NCBI GenBank assembly: GCA_030390025.1
Contig: CM059433.1
Coordinates: 1,364,001-1,428,000, forward strand
From: Squalus acanthias
Lineage: Eukaryota
Length of the DNA: 64,000 nucleotides
Direction: 5' to 3'
Positions 24,553 through 36,574 of this stretch are shown here, one piece after another. Both the position numbers and the translations under genes were made by a program. The notes beneath the pieces are model-generated. The model was given only the letters and a program-made list of their open reading frames with translations, made no database searches and was not told the DNA's origin. Position 1 is the stretch's first letter. Every line of letters begins with the position of its first letter.

Positions 24553-26280
24553 ATAGAATCATGGAAATTTACAGCACAGAAGGAGGCCATTCAACCCATC
24601 GTGTCTGTCCGGTCGAAAGAGAGCTATCCAGCCTAATCCCACTTTCCAGCTCTTGGTCCGTAGCACTGTAGGTTACAACACTTCAAGTGCATATCCAAGT
24701 ACTTTTTAAATGTGATGAGGGTTTCTGCCTCTACCACCCTTTCAGGCAGTGAGTTCCAGACCCCCACCACCCCCTGGGTGAAAAGATTTCTCCTCAACTC
24801 CCCTCTAATCCTTCTACCAATTGCTTTAAATCTGTGCCCCCTGGTTATTGACCTCGCTGCTAAGGGAAATAGGTCCTTCCTATCCACTCTATCTAGGCCC
24901 CTCATAATTTTATACACCTCAATTAAGTCTCCTCTCAGCCTCCTCTGTTCCAAAGAAAACAACCCCAGCCTCTCCAATCTTTCCTCATACCTAAAATTCT
25001 CCAGTCCTGGCAACATCCTCATAAATCTCCTCTGCACCCCCTCAAATGCAATCACATCTTTCCTGTAATGTGGTGACCAGAACTGTACGCAGTACTCTAG
25101 CTGTAGCCTAACTAGTGTTTTATACAGTTCTAGCATAACTTCTGCTCTTATAGTTTATGCCTCGGCTAATAAAGGCAGGTATCCCGTATGCCTTCTTAAC
25201 CACCTGTCTCTCTGTTCCTCTACATTTCTTAGTATCCTATCATTTATTGTGTATTCCCTTGCCTTGTTAGCCCTTCCCAAATGCATTACCTCACACTTCT
25301 CCACATTGAATTCCATTTGCCACTTTTAGAAACATAAAAATATAGAAAAATAGGAGCAGGAGTAGGCCATTCGGCCCTTCGAGCCTGCTCCGCCATTCAA
25401 TATGATCATGGCTGATCCTCTATCTCAGTACCATGTTCCCGCTCTCTCCGCTGGCCCATCCATTGATATCTGCAGTCTACAGCTTTCTTCCTCGCTATCA
25501 ACCACACCGCCAATTTTTCTATCATCTGCAAACTTCTTAATCATACCCCCTACATTGAAGTCTAAATCATTGATATATACCATGAAAAGCAAGGGACCTA
25601 GTACTGAGCTCTGTGGAACCCCACTGGAAACAGCCTTCCAGTCACAAAAACATCCGTCAATCATTACCCTTTGCTTCCCACCACTGAGCCAATTTTGGAT
25701 CCATACCACTTTCCCTTGGATCCAGTTGGCTTTTACTTTTTGACCTGCCATGTGGGACCTTGTTAAAGGCCTTGCTAAAATCCATGTAGACTACATCAAA
25801 TGCACTACCCTCATCGACCCTCCTCATTACCTCCTCAAAAATTCCATCAAGTTAGTCAGACATGACCATCCCTTAACAAATCCATGCTGACTGTCCGTGA
25901 TTAATCCGTGCCTTTCTAAATGAAGATTTATCCTGTCCCTCAGAATTTTTTCCAATAATTTTCCCACCACCGAGGTTAGGCTGACTGGCCTGTAATTACT
26001 CAGTCTATCCATTTCTCCCTTTTTAAACAATGGCACAATGTTAGCAGTCCTCTGGTACCACGCCTGTAACCAGAAAGGATTGGAAAATGATGGTCAGAGC
26101 CTCTGCTATTTCCTCCCTTGCCTCTATTAACAGCCTGGGATACATTTCATCCAGGCCTGGTGATTTATCTACTTTCAAATATGCTAAACCTCTTAATACT
26201 TCTGTCCTCTCTATGTTTATCCCATCTAATATTTCACACTCCTCCTTAACTACAATGTCTGCATTGGCCCTCTCTTCTGT
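24553..26280 (-). mobile_element. CR1 RT fragment with a small CR1 tail inserted at about 25328-25460
   Basis: ORFs 24633-25136, 25425-25751 and 25827-26036. Confidence 0.93.
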
Positions 26281-27020
26281 GATCCCTTGATTCTATCTCT
26301 TGGTTCCCCTGGAGTCCAAAATTCTATCTATCTCAGCCTTGAATATACTCAACGACTGAGCATTCACAGCCCTGTGGGGCAGAGACTTCCAAAGATTCAC
26401 AACCCTCTGAGTGAAGAAATTCCTCCTCATCTCAGTCTTAAATGGCCTACTCCTTATCCTGAGACTATGCCCCCTAATTCTAGACACTCCAGCCAAGGGA
26501 AACAACCTCTCAGGATCTACCCTGAAAATACCCTTCAGAATCTTGTATGTTTCAATGAGATCACCTCTCATTCTTCTAAACTCCAGAGAGTATAGGCCCA
26601 TTCTACACAATCTCTCATTATAGGACAGCCTTCTCATCCCAGGAATCAATCTATTGAACCTTCGTTGCACCGCCTCCAAGGCAAGTATATCCTTCCTTAG
26701 ATAAGGAGACCAAAACTGTGCACAGTACTCCAGGTGTGGTCTCACCAAGGCCCTGTACAATTGTAGCAAGACTTCCTTACTCTTATACTCCAACCCCCTT
26801 GCAATAAAGGCCAACATGCCATTTGCCTTCCTTATTGCTTGCTGTACCTGCATGCTAGTTTTCTGTGTTTCTTGCACGAGGACACCCAAATCTCTCTGAA
26901 CACCAACATTTAAAAAAATCTAGTAAACCTTCGTTGCACCACCTGTAAGGCAAATATATCCTTCCTGAGATAAGGAGACCAAAACTGTGCACAGTACTCC
27001 AGGTGTGGTCGCACCAATTG
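26281..27020 (-). mobile_element. CR1 fragments (RT C-terminus plus a short second copy)
   Basis: ORF 26293-26889 RPHLEYC...RRMRGDLI. 26920-27020 repeats part of it. Confidence 0.9.
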
Positions 27021-27294
27021 TACAATCTTTGAAAACCCAAAGTTGGCATCTTCTAATCACTACATCCTGATTTACCTCATCGCTTTTATTTTTCCCAACA
27101 TTGGTCATATCCTGCATATGGGTCTTGGTGCTTCGCCTTGATTCCTCAATAAAAAGGATTTGCTTTTTACTATATCGGGACTAATGTAAAGGATAGAAAC
27201 TATATCATCAACATCAGCTGGCAGTTACATTTCAGTACAGATACAATGGGCCAAATGGTCTCCTTTGGTGTCATACACTTCAATGATCTATGAA

Positions 27295-27965
27295 AAAAAG
27301 AAAGACTTGCATTTATATAGCGCCTTTCATGACCACCAGATGTCCCAAAGTGCTTTACACCCCCAATGAAGTATAGTTACTGACATAAGAAAACTACTAG
27401 GCACTCGGTCTAAGCGTTAAACAAAGCTTTAATCAACTGTTTTTCAACATGGAGATCCAGTTGTGTCCTTCACTAGTTCCTGTCGAGGAATGTCCTAAGC
27501 AAGCTGGGCCCATGCCCGAGTATTCATACTCTCCCTGGACAGCGCCACCAGCAGGCCGCCCAATATTACTTCATACATGAATGACAAGATTCATGTCAGT
27601 TACTGTTGTAATGTAGGAAATGCAGCAGCCAACAGCAAGCTCCTACACTGTGATAATGACCAGATAACCTGTTTTAGTGATGTTGATTGAAGGATTAATA
27701 TTGGCCAGGACAACGGGGATAACTCCCCTGCTCTTCTTCGAAATAGTGCCATAGGGTCTTTTACGTCCACCTGAGTGAGCAGACGCGGCCTCAGTTTAAA
27801 GTCTTATCTGAAAGACGGCACCTCTGACAGTACTGCACTTCCTCAGTACTGCACTGGAGTGTCAGCCTAGCTTTATGTGCTCAAGTCTCATGGAGTGGGA
27901 CTATGAACCCACAACCTTCTGACTCCAGAGGTGAGAGTGCTACCCACTGAGCCACAGACAGCTGA
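27295..27965 (-). mobile_element. Full-length DeuSINE interrupted by a solo LTR
   Basis: Head at about 27960-27880, Deu core, tail at 27295-27360. Confidence 0.9.
27381..27598. mobile_element. Short solo LTR (218 bp)
   Basis: TGACAT...ATGTCA termini. 5-bp TSD GTTAC at 27376-27380 and 27599-27603. Confidence 0.8.
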
Positions 27966-28194
27966 CACTATGGCTCCTGTTACTTTACAAACTCCATCTT
28001 GCAGACTGCCTGATTTGTCCAGTCTGCATTTAATTGGTTACCTAAGTGATCTATGTTATCTATGAATCTAAGTTATCTATGAATGCTCATAATCAAACTG
28101 ATAAGAAATGTGGCAATGAATATTGGGCTGAATCTATAATGGGTGGTCGATCCACTTCATCAGTTTACTGCCCAAGCGGTGAAGAAAGAAAATC

Positions 28195-28443
28195 AGAATG
28201 ATCCCTGGACTTCAAGGGTTAAGTTACGAGGAGAGATTTTACACAAACTAGGGTTTGTATTCCCTGGAATTTAGCAGGTTAAGGGGTGATCTGATCGAAG
28301 TTTTCAGGATATTAAGGGGACTGATAGGGTCGATAGAGCGAAACTATTTCCGCTGGTTGGGGAGTCTAGGACTAGGGGGCATCGTCTAAAAATTAGAGCC
28401 AGACCTTTCAGGAGTGAAATGAGGAAACTCTTCCACACACAAA
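28195..28443 (+). mobile_element. CR1 3' fragment, left half; continues at 32665-32890 after the Harbinger
   Basis: ...ttccacacacaaa|gggtggtagaagt... rejoins as FHTQRVVEV. Confidence 0.88.
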
Positions 28444-28713
28444 GGGTTGGATTTTCCCAGCTGAGGCGGGTTTGTGTCGGGAGAGGTAGTTGACGGGTTC
28501 CGGTCCCGCTCCCGGCTGTAGCCGCTCTGCTGATAGAATTTGACGATAATTGGGCTCGTTAAGCCCTCGGAGCGCGTTGCCCGGCCCAATCACTAGGTGC
28601 AGATCTGTTCAGCTCCTCTGATGATGCGTTTGCTGCCGGTGAATTTAAGGGGGCCGTGTCCACATTTACTCTCACTTCTACTTCCACACTCCTGAGTGCT
28701 GCTTGATAGCAAA

Positions 28714-30589
28714 ATGGCTGCACGGAGACAGAGGGCTGAGCCACACTTCAACAATGACCCCCTCCATGTTCTTGTGGAGGGAGTCAGAGGACGCAGGGAG
28801 GCTCTGTTCCCTTGGAATGGAAGGAGGAGACCTCTTCACCAGACAAAGGCAGCCTGGCTGCAAATAGCTGAGGAGGTCACTGCAAGGTCTGCTGTTCCTC
28901 GCACCTGGGTGCAACGCAGGAAAGGGTCAATGATCTCCTGCGTTCAGGGAAAGTGAGTATAAAAGCACATTTACCTTAATTCTGCTGTGCCTGTCATCAC
29001 ATCCCCATCACTCTGCATTGCCAACCCTATTCCTACACATCCTAACTCAACCCAACATCCCTTGCACCATCACCCATCCCTGTCTCCCTATCTACAGAAT
29101 CATATCCCCATCTTACTATGCACCCCTCACACTCGTTATGCAATGACAACAACTAACAATTCAAAAGGAGGCAACTTGGTGTTGGCACCCCACTTCATCA
29201 TAGTCTCCCTCTAAACATCTATGCTATCCATTCTGTACACTCATTCCATCACTCTCACTAAAACGGCCCTTCTTTCCCTCGTTGCAGGAAAAGAAATCCC
29301 ACAATAAGAGGGAGGGGGAGCGAACAGGAGGAGGAGCACCATCGCTCGCTGATCTGACCAGTGCTGAGGAGGCAGCTCTGGAGATCGCAGGAGAAGTTGA
29401 GAAGCCTGAAGTGGGGGACGGAGCGAGGGGCTCATTACAACAACCTGCTGACAGAATTATCTTCCAGACATCTTATTTTGACTTGATTGGGATCTGATGT
29501 CAATAGAAATTGAATGTGCGTCATGTGCATAACGGGATGTGTCTGCAATCTACATATCACATGTCTAACTCATGTCTTTACTCTCCCTCAGGACTATCAA
29601 GAGCTTGGCCCCCCCACAGTCCAGGAGGAAGAACAGGAGGACTCCTCAGAGGAACCTCCAGCCTCTGAGGGAGCAGTGTCAGCAGAAATGAGTGCACCCA
29701 GCACCAGCGCAGGGTCCTATGCGAGATAGAGTAGTGTTGTCACCTGGTGTATCACAAGTCACAAGCAAGCAAGATCAGATGGTGGAGACAGGGACAGCAG
29801 TGAAGACTCCTCGTCAGAGGCCGCAGGGCGCTCCTAGCTCTGCTGAGCTGTATGCAGACGCTGAGCCTCGGGGGCCATCCAGAAAGAGAGAGTGGTGCTG
29901 GAGCTTCAGGAACAAGTGCAGGAGGCTCTGACTGGGTTTGCAACCACGGTGGCTGCAAGTGTGCAGAGAATGGAGTCCATTTCAAATATGAGCAATGCCG
30001 TGGTGCACGCAATGGCGAATGTAGCTCCTGCCATGGAAAGGATGGCAACCTCCATGGAGGACATAAATTGCCAGACTCAGGAGAACATGGTAACACTTCT
30101 AAATAGATGGTCAGCTATGGAAGATAGATGGACATCTATTGAGGAGAGAAACCAGAGGTACATGGACATCTCCATTATGAGGACTGTCAGTACAGAGACG
30201 GGTCCTCATGGCCCCACTGCTGTGCAGCAAGTTGCTCTCCAGCTACTTGCTAGCAGAGAAGTGCGGGTGGCCCATGAGAGGGATGATGGTGGGAGGGGAC
30301 ATGGAAGTGTGGGCTTCTCTCCAAGCACTCCAACTTCCCCCCCTTGCCAACCCCTAGGTCAGAGCCCCAGATGCCTCCCCGAACAGTGATGGTCGAGTCT
30401 GCCCCTGCACAGCCGCAGGAGGAGCAGACTTAGGCGGAGCCCTCAAAGGCTCCAAAATCCAGAGGACGACCACCAAAGGCATCTAAGGGGGCGCAGCAGG
30501 GAAGTGAGCAGCCTGCCTCTACATCTGGTGAAGCCATAGGGGTAGCACCTCGTAGAAGCACATGTAAAAGAAAGCTCACACAGAAATAG
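28714..30589 (+). pseudogene. Harbinger Myb/SANT-like DNA-binding protein gene with 3 exons (about 28714-28952, 29288-29447, 29592-30589), frameshifted
   Basis: REALFP...AAWLQIAEEV...RTWVQ.RK..NDL. GTGAGT donor at 28953 and ttgcag acceptor. Exon 2 reads EKKSHNKRE.ERTGGG. Coiled-coil-like region at 29892-30389. Confidence 0.85.
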
Positions 30590-30874
30590 TCACTAGAGTA
30601 GTCACTTGGGTGATTTCCTATAAATTAATGTTAAGTTTCAGCTCTTTTATTTTGTTGTAATAAAGTAATGTTTTGTGAATAATTGATGTTGTTGCCATAT
30701 GTGTGGTCACAAATTGAGGTGGCACAGACAAGGGTAAGGGCACCTTTATTGTCCAGCAATGGTGGTGACAGTGCAAGGATTGAACAGTTCATTGTAGAGA
30801 TGCTCTATGGTGTGGCAGTGTGGTAATGCCAACCCTCACATGCACGTGGCAGCCACATGTCTGTGCTGCATAAA

Positions 30875-32173
30875 GCTCTGTGAATCTGGCATTGATTAGG
30901 CCATTCCTGGCATCACGGGCAGCAATCTGCTCACGTGCTGGTCACACTGGGTCAGCTGCCTATTCCAGGTCTTCCTCATGCTGACCCTCATTCTGCTCCT
31001 CCTCCTCCTCCCCCCTCCTCCTCCTCCTCCTCTGAAGAAGCTGTGCACTCTACGCCTTCTTCCTCAGGCAGTGCTAATCCTCGCTGCAGTGCAATGTTGT
31101 GCAGGGAACAGCAGACAACGACGATTCTGGAGACTCTGGCTGGGGCGTACTATAGGGCTCCACCAGATCTGTCCAGGCATCTGAAGTGTATTTTGAGCAA
31201 CCCTATTGTTTGCTCTATGAGAGTTCTGGTGGAAATGTGGCTTTGATTGTAATGCCCCTCTGACTCATTTGAGGGCCTCCTCAACTGTGTTATTAGCAAC
31301 TTCTTCAGGGGAAAGCCCTTGTCTCCAAAGAGCCAGCCGGAAAGTTCATTTGGTGGTGCGAACATCTGAGGGACAGTGGATTGGCGCAGGATGTAAGAGT
31401 CATGGCGGCTGCCAGGGAATCTCGCGCACACGTGCATGATGCTCTTCCTATGGTTGCACACCAGCTGCCCGTTAAGGGAGTGGAAGCCCTTGCGGTTTAC
31501 AAATGCTGCTGGGTTCTGATGAGGTGCCGTGATGGCCACGTGTGCAGTCGATGCCGCCCTGCACCCGTGGGAAGCCAGCCAGATTGACAAAGCTGAGCGC
31601 CCGCTCAGTAACACTAGCCTTATCAGTGGAAATGTGGATATAATTTGCAGACTTGTCAAAGAGGGCATCGGTGACCCGCGTGATGCATCTGTGGGCGGCC
31701 GACTGGGAGATGCCGCTAATGTCTGCTGCTGATCCCTGGAAGGAGCCTGATGCAAAGAAGTTGAGGGCAGTGGTGACTTTGACAGCCACTGGTAAGGCGT
31801 GTCCACCTGCTCCTCCGGGCCGCAGGTCTTGATCGAGCATTGTGCAAATGTCTGTGACTACCTGTCGCGTAAGTCTCAGCCTCCTTTGGCACTGCTGCTC
31901 AGTCATGTTGAGGAAGCTCATCCTCTGCCTGTAAACCCTGTGTTGGGGGCATCTCCTGTGGCGCGGTGCAGCCCTGCGCTGACGGCCTCTGCCCTGTGCA
32001 GCATCAGGTGGCTCAGGAGAAGGTTGGCTCTCTTGTTGTTGGTGCTGCTGGTGTGCCTGGTTCTGCTGTTGCTGCAGATGATCATCCTCCGATTCTGAGG
32101 ACCAGGATGAGAGTATAAATCGTTCCCATTCTGCTGTTATATATGGCAGTTGAGGATGAGATGGTAGAAGCAA
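30875..32173 (-). pseudogene. Harbinger (HARBI1-like) DDE transposase, with a frameshift and a premature stop
   Basis: [83 protein letters not shown] and an acidic tail. Confidence 0.93.
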
Positions 32174-34514
32174 TCAGTCACTGGGGAGAGAGGCTATTCC
32201 AAGGAGGTGAGAGTGCATATAGAGTTTACACCACACACTTACAGCCTCAATACAGATCAAATGTGTCTTCCCAATCCTGAAATCAGCAACTTCTGACATT
32301 GCAAACTGAACAGATGTGAAAGGTTAGATTTTATTCTGTAGTTGCAGCTGGGAACTAATCCGCTCGATTGACCTCCCGACATACTTACCTGACGTGATCT
32401 CCGAACGACGTGAACCCCGTTGAAAATGTGGGAAAATACAAAAAGGCTGCCAAAAGAGTCTTTAACAGGCACTTAATAAGAAGTTAAGTGTTCTAAATGC
32501 CTCCCCCAAAGTGTCGGGTCTGTTCTGAAATTGCAGGCCCGACACTTTGTAAACTTCCATGGAGGCGGGTTCGCAGCGGGTTCCCAACCTGTCGTCAATC
32601 ATTGCGATTTTGACAGCGGACCCGCCTCTGAACCCACCCTCTGAGCGCCGGCAAAATCGCGGCCAAAGGGTGGTAGAAGTTTAGAACTCTCTTCCACAAA
32701 CGGCAATTGATACCAGATCAATTGTTAATTTTAAATCGGAGATTGATAGCTTTTCGTTAACTAAAGGTATTAAGGGATATGGGCCAATGGCGGGTATATG
32801 GAGTTAGGTCGCAGATCAGCCATGATCTCATTGAATGTCGGAACAGGCTCGAGGGGCTCAATGGTCTCCTCCTGTTCCTGTGTTCCAATAGAGTTTCTTG
32901 TTATGACATGGTAAAGACATTGGGGGCGATTTTAATTGAAAGGAGGATCAATGCGGGCAGCAGATGAGGTGGATGGAAACCATCTGGCCCTCAAAAATGG
33001 GAGGGCCAGGAGATTTTAAGTCCTGGGCCTCATCTACATGCTTGGCATCAATCTCCTGCCCGAACGCGGTGGCAGGAGTTACCTGGCTGGCGGATGGGAG
33101 TGGGATTTCCAGCAGCAGTACCAGCAGGATCCCAATGTAACAGAGACCCCTGTGCCCCACCATACACCCTCCGACATGGGTGACTTTGCTTGGGAAGGAG
33201 AGAGGCTCCACTTCAAACAAGGCCCCATAGAAAATGGTGTGGAAGGCTGGGTCCCAGCCTGATTTCCCGACCTTCCCGTTGCACTTCCACTGGACTTATG
33301 GCAGGCTGCACCAGCAGGGTCACAGATCTTTCACCACATGCAGATTTACCTTGGACAGCCTGACCATTATTTAATCGAGGTGGCTTCCTTCTGGAAGTTG
33401 TTCAGCTGGCAAAGGGCTTTGCCCAATGCCAACCTATCAGCCTGTGCAAAACAGGACATTTACTGAAGTAAGGAGACATCATTAAATTCTAATAATATGG
33501 GGTCAATTTTCCAAGTATGAGCCAGTGTCGAGCAACCAGGCCCAGCGCCAGCCCATATCGGAAAACGGTGCGCATCACACCTGCCTTTGCCAGCTTGCAC
33601 TTGGAGAATTTAGGCTTATATCACTTCAAGCAAGTCATTGTAGAAAGTTCCTAGAAGGAGCTCATTACACAGCAGATTTGGTGGGGGCTGAGCAACTGCT
33701 AGTTGGCTGGGACAGAGAGGGGAGGAGGATGGCCCGAAGAGGCCAATCACACACATCACATTTAGAGGAACAACATTAAAGGAAAAATTCCGTGAATGAT
33801 TTTGTGTTGTAGGCTTGGGCCAAGGAAGAGGCTAATGTAGGTTAATTGTATATTAAAATAAACAGCCATCGTGCTATTTTTAAGCAGATGGCACTTCCAT
33901 ATTTTACATCTGCTTTATTCAATCTGAAGGAGCAATAACAATTGCCCTGGCACCGATATGCTGTTTGCTCAGCTGGCATTGTGCATCAGTTTGATCAGAC
34001 TGACAGCCAGTCACTCGGAAAAATTACACATTTGATTTGTTTACATTTTTCTAAAATCCATCTGTTCAGAGAAGGAAAGCATCCGTCCAGATTACAGAAT
34101 CTGAGCAATTCATCTCATATCTCACCTCCACTTTCTCATCATATATCAGTATTTTTGATTTTTTTTTTACCTTGTTGAAGGTTAGTTATAGGAGATAAAA
34201 CAGGTTTGTACCCAGTGTAAGCATTGATCAGGTACAGCATGGAATTAAAGCACATTCTACTCTTCCAAAAACATCCCTTCAGAAGAACGCCCTGTACAAA
34301 ACCGCTAGGTTATTCTTTATTTCTAACACCACCAATTTCCATAGCATCAGTGGGCACCGAGCCAGGAGGCGGGGAACACGGAAGGTGGTAAAAGCAGTAT
34401 TGAAGGCAAGGGTTTTGAGGAGGTATCAGGGGAGCGAGGTGGCAAAGCAGAAATGTTGAGGGAATTCCACAAAATGTGAGCTCAATGTCTGGAGGAGCTT
34501 CCGCTGAAGATACT

Positions 34515-35063
34515 GGAGAATCGCGTCCAGTTCTGGTCACCACACTTTAGGAAGGATGTGAAGGCCCCCGAGGGGGTGCAGAGGAGATTTACCAGAATGG
34601 TTTCGGGGATGGGGGATCTTAGCTACAAGGACAGGTTGGAGAAGCTGGATTTGTTTTCATTAGAGCAAAGGAGGTTGTGGGGTGATTTGATAGAGGTGTA
34701 CAAGATTATGACAGGTTTGGATAGGCTAGACGGGGAAAGGCTGTTTCCACTAGTTGATGGTACAAGGACTAGGGGACACAGATTTAAGGTTTTGGGCAAG
34801 AGATACAGGGGGGATGTGAGGAAAAACATTTTTACGCAGCGAGTGGTGAGGACCTGGAACTCACTGCAGATGGAAGTGGTGGAAGCGGAGACACTCCATG
34901 TTTTCAAGTGGAGACTGGATAGGCACTTGAGGGAAATAAACTTGCAGGGCTACGGGGATAGAGCGGGGGAATGGGACTGGCTGGATTGCTCTACAGAGAG
35001 CCGGCATGGACTCGATGGGCCGAATGGCCTCCTTCTGTGCCGTTATGACTCTATGACTCTATG
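34515..35063 (+). mobile_element. CR1 3' fragment
   Basis: ORF 34558-35064 and a (tatgactc)n tail. Confidence 0.93.
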
Positions 35064-35069
35064 AGAGGA

Positions 35070-35470
35070 GCAGGGAAATACAAGCAGGCCCATGTTGGGA
35101 GGTTCAGAGGGTGCATGCAGGGACGCAGGGCTAGGTGAGATCACAGAGCCAGGTAAGGGAGAAACCTGAAGGGATTTGAAGATAAGGACGAGAATTTTAA
35201 TGTCGATTATCTGGGGTGATGGGGATGTGGGTTTTACTGTGGATCAGGACATGAGCCATTGCATGCTGGATGACTTGTAGTTTATGAGTGGGGATGCTGG
35301 CAAGGACAGTGTTAGAGAAACCTGGCTACGAGGTGATAAAAACGTGAATCAGGGTTTGACTGGGTCAGGAAAGGAGGGGTGGAGTTGGACAATGATGTGG
35401 AGGTGAAATATTGCGACCTTTTTGACGGATCAGATTTGGGGAAGAAGCTGAGCTCGGAATCCAGTAAATC
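35070..35470 (-). mobile_element. Highly degenerate L2 fragment
   Basis: gggatttgaagataaggacgagaatttta resembles the L2 at 13720-13750. Confidence 0.6.
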
Positions 35471-35599
35471 ACCAGGTTTCTGCACCGGTGGGGTTGCGGC
35501 AGACGCCATCTACTTTAAACTGTGCGAGCGGGACAATGGGACAGAGGATCAAGCCAATGAAGGGTGCATTTAGGGCTGATGTCAGTTCTTCTTTATGCA

Positions 35600-35756
35600 T
35601 GATGTGGAGATGCCGGTGTTGGACTGGGGTGGACAAATGTGAGAAGTTGCACAACACCAGGTTATAGTCCAACAGTTTTATTTGAAATCACAAGCTTTCG
35701 GAGCGCTGCTCCTTCGTCAGGTGAAGTCACCTAACGAAGGAACAGCGCTCCGAAAG
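35600..35756 (-). mobile_element. Penelope-like family B element with hammerhead motif (35688-35724, minus) and 12-bp TSD
   Basis: Minus strand reads UCAC-CUGACGA-A-GGAGC(agc)GCUCC-GAAA-GC-UU-GUGA. A degenerate inverted copy lies at 35727-35759. TSD CTTCTTTATGCA at 35588-35599 and 35757-35768. Confidence 0.85.
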
Positions 35757-36254
35757 CTTCTTTATGCAGAGAGTGATCCTTACATGGAATGGACTTCTGG
35801 GCAGAGTGGTGGAGGCAAAAACTCTGGAATATTTTAGAAACAGCTCAATGCAACAATGGGAGGAGTGTAGTGTTGTTCTGGATGGATGACTTAAGATGGT
35901 TGAATGGCTTTCCTCATCTGTAAGTATCCTGTGATTTTAATGCTCTCTGAGTGAGATTGCCAGCATTTGCAGAATTATGAGTAGATTTGTGTTATGGACT
36001 CACATGTTAAGTTGATTTGAGACCCACCAGATTTATTTCATTTAGAGCGAATAAGGGAGACTTTCTTCCCATCTGTCTAGACTGGATCTGAACCCAGATA
36101 CCAGGGTTGAAAGGATTGTTTTGACCCACTGTACTACCTGGTCCCCAGTGTTTTTCTTCAATGTTGAACAGGAAGATTAGCTCCATTTGTTTATGCAGTA
36201 GGGCATTGATTCCCTACTACTAGTGTAGCTTTTTTACTCTGTACTCCTATTTAT

Positions 36255-36545
36255 AAACATAGAAACATAGAAACATAGAATCTAGGAGCAGGAGGAGGCC
36301 ATTCGGCCCGTCGAGCCTGCTCCACCATTCAATACGATCATGGCTGATCATCCAAATCCAGTACCCTGTCCCCTGCTTTAATCCCCACAGTACACATATC
36401 CCACCCTACCCCCGTAACCCCATGTATTTAATTCCCCCTACCATATCCCATCCTATCCCCATAACCCCACATATTTAATCCCCCCCTAACACTAAGGGTC
36501 AATTTATCATAGCCAAATCAACCTAACCCGCACATTTTTGGACTA
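36255..36545 (-). mobile_element. SINE/CR1 3' tail, possibly HE1/V-SINE-like
   Basis: (TTTCTATG)n tail, CR1-type stem-loop, and upstream gtgcgggttaggttgat...gaccctta. Confidence 0.6.
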
Positions 36546-36574
36546 AAACCTAGGATCTCTTGTGCTTTATTTTG

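Larger units (their letters stand above)
28444..32664. mobile_element. Complete, decayed PIF/Harbinger DNA transposon (4.2 kb, two convergent genes)
   Basis: Imperfect TIRs GGGTTGGATTTTCC and GGCCGCGATTTTGC (reverse complement). TSD AAA at 28441-28443 and 32665-32667. Myb gene on +, transposase on -. Confidence 0.92.

Noticed and set aside
24111..24671. Repetitive ORFs in several frames
   Set aside because: Translations of the 26-bp CR1-tail tandem repeat
30875..32173. Host HARBI1 gene
   Set aside because: It has a frameshift and a stop, TIRs, a TSD and a linked Myb gene, so it is a transposon copy rather than the domesticated gene.
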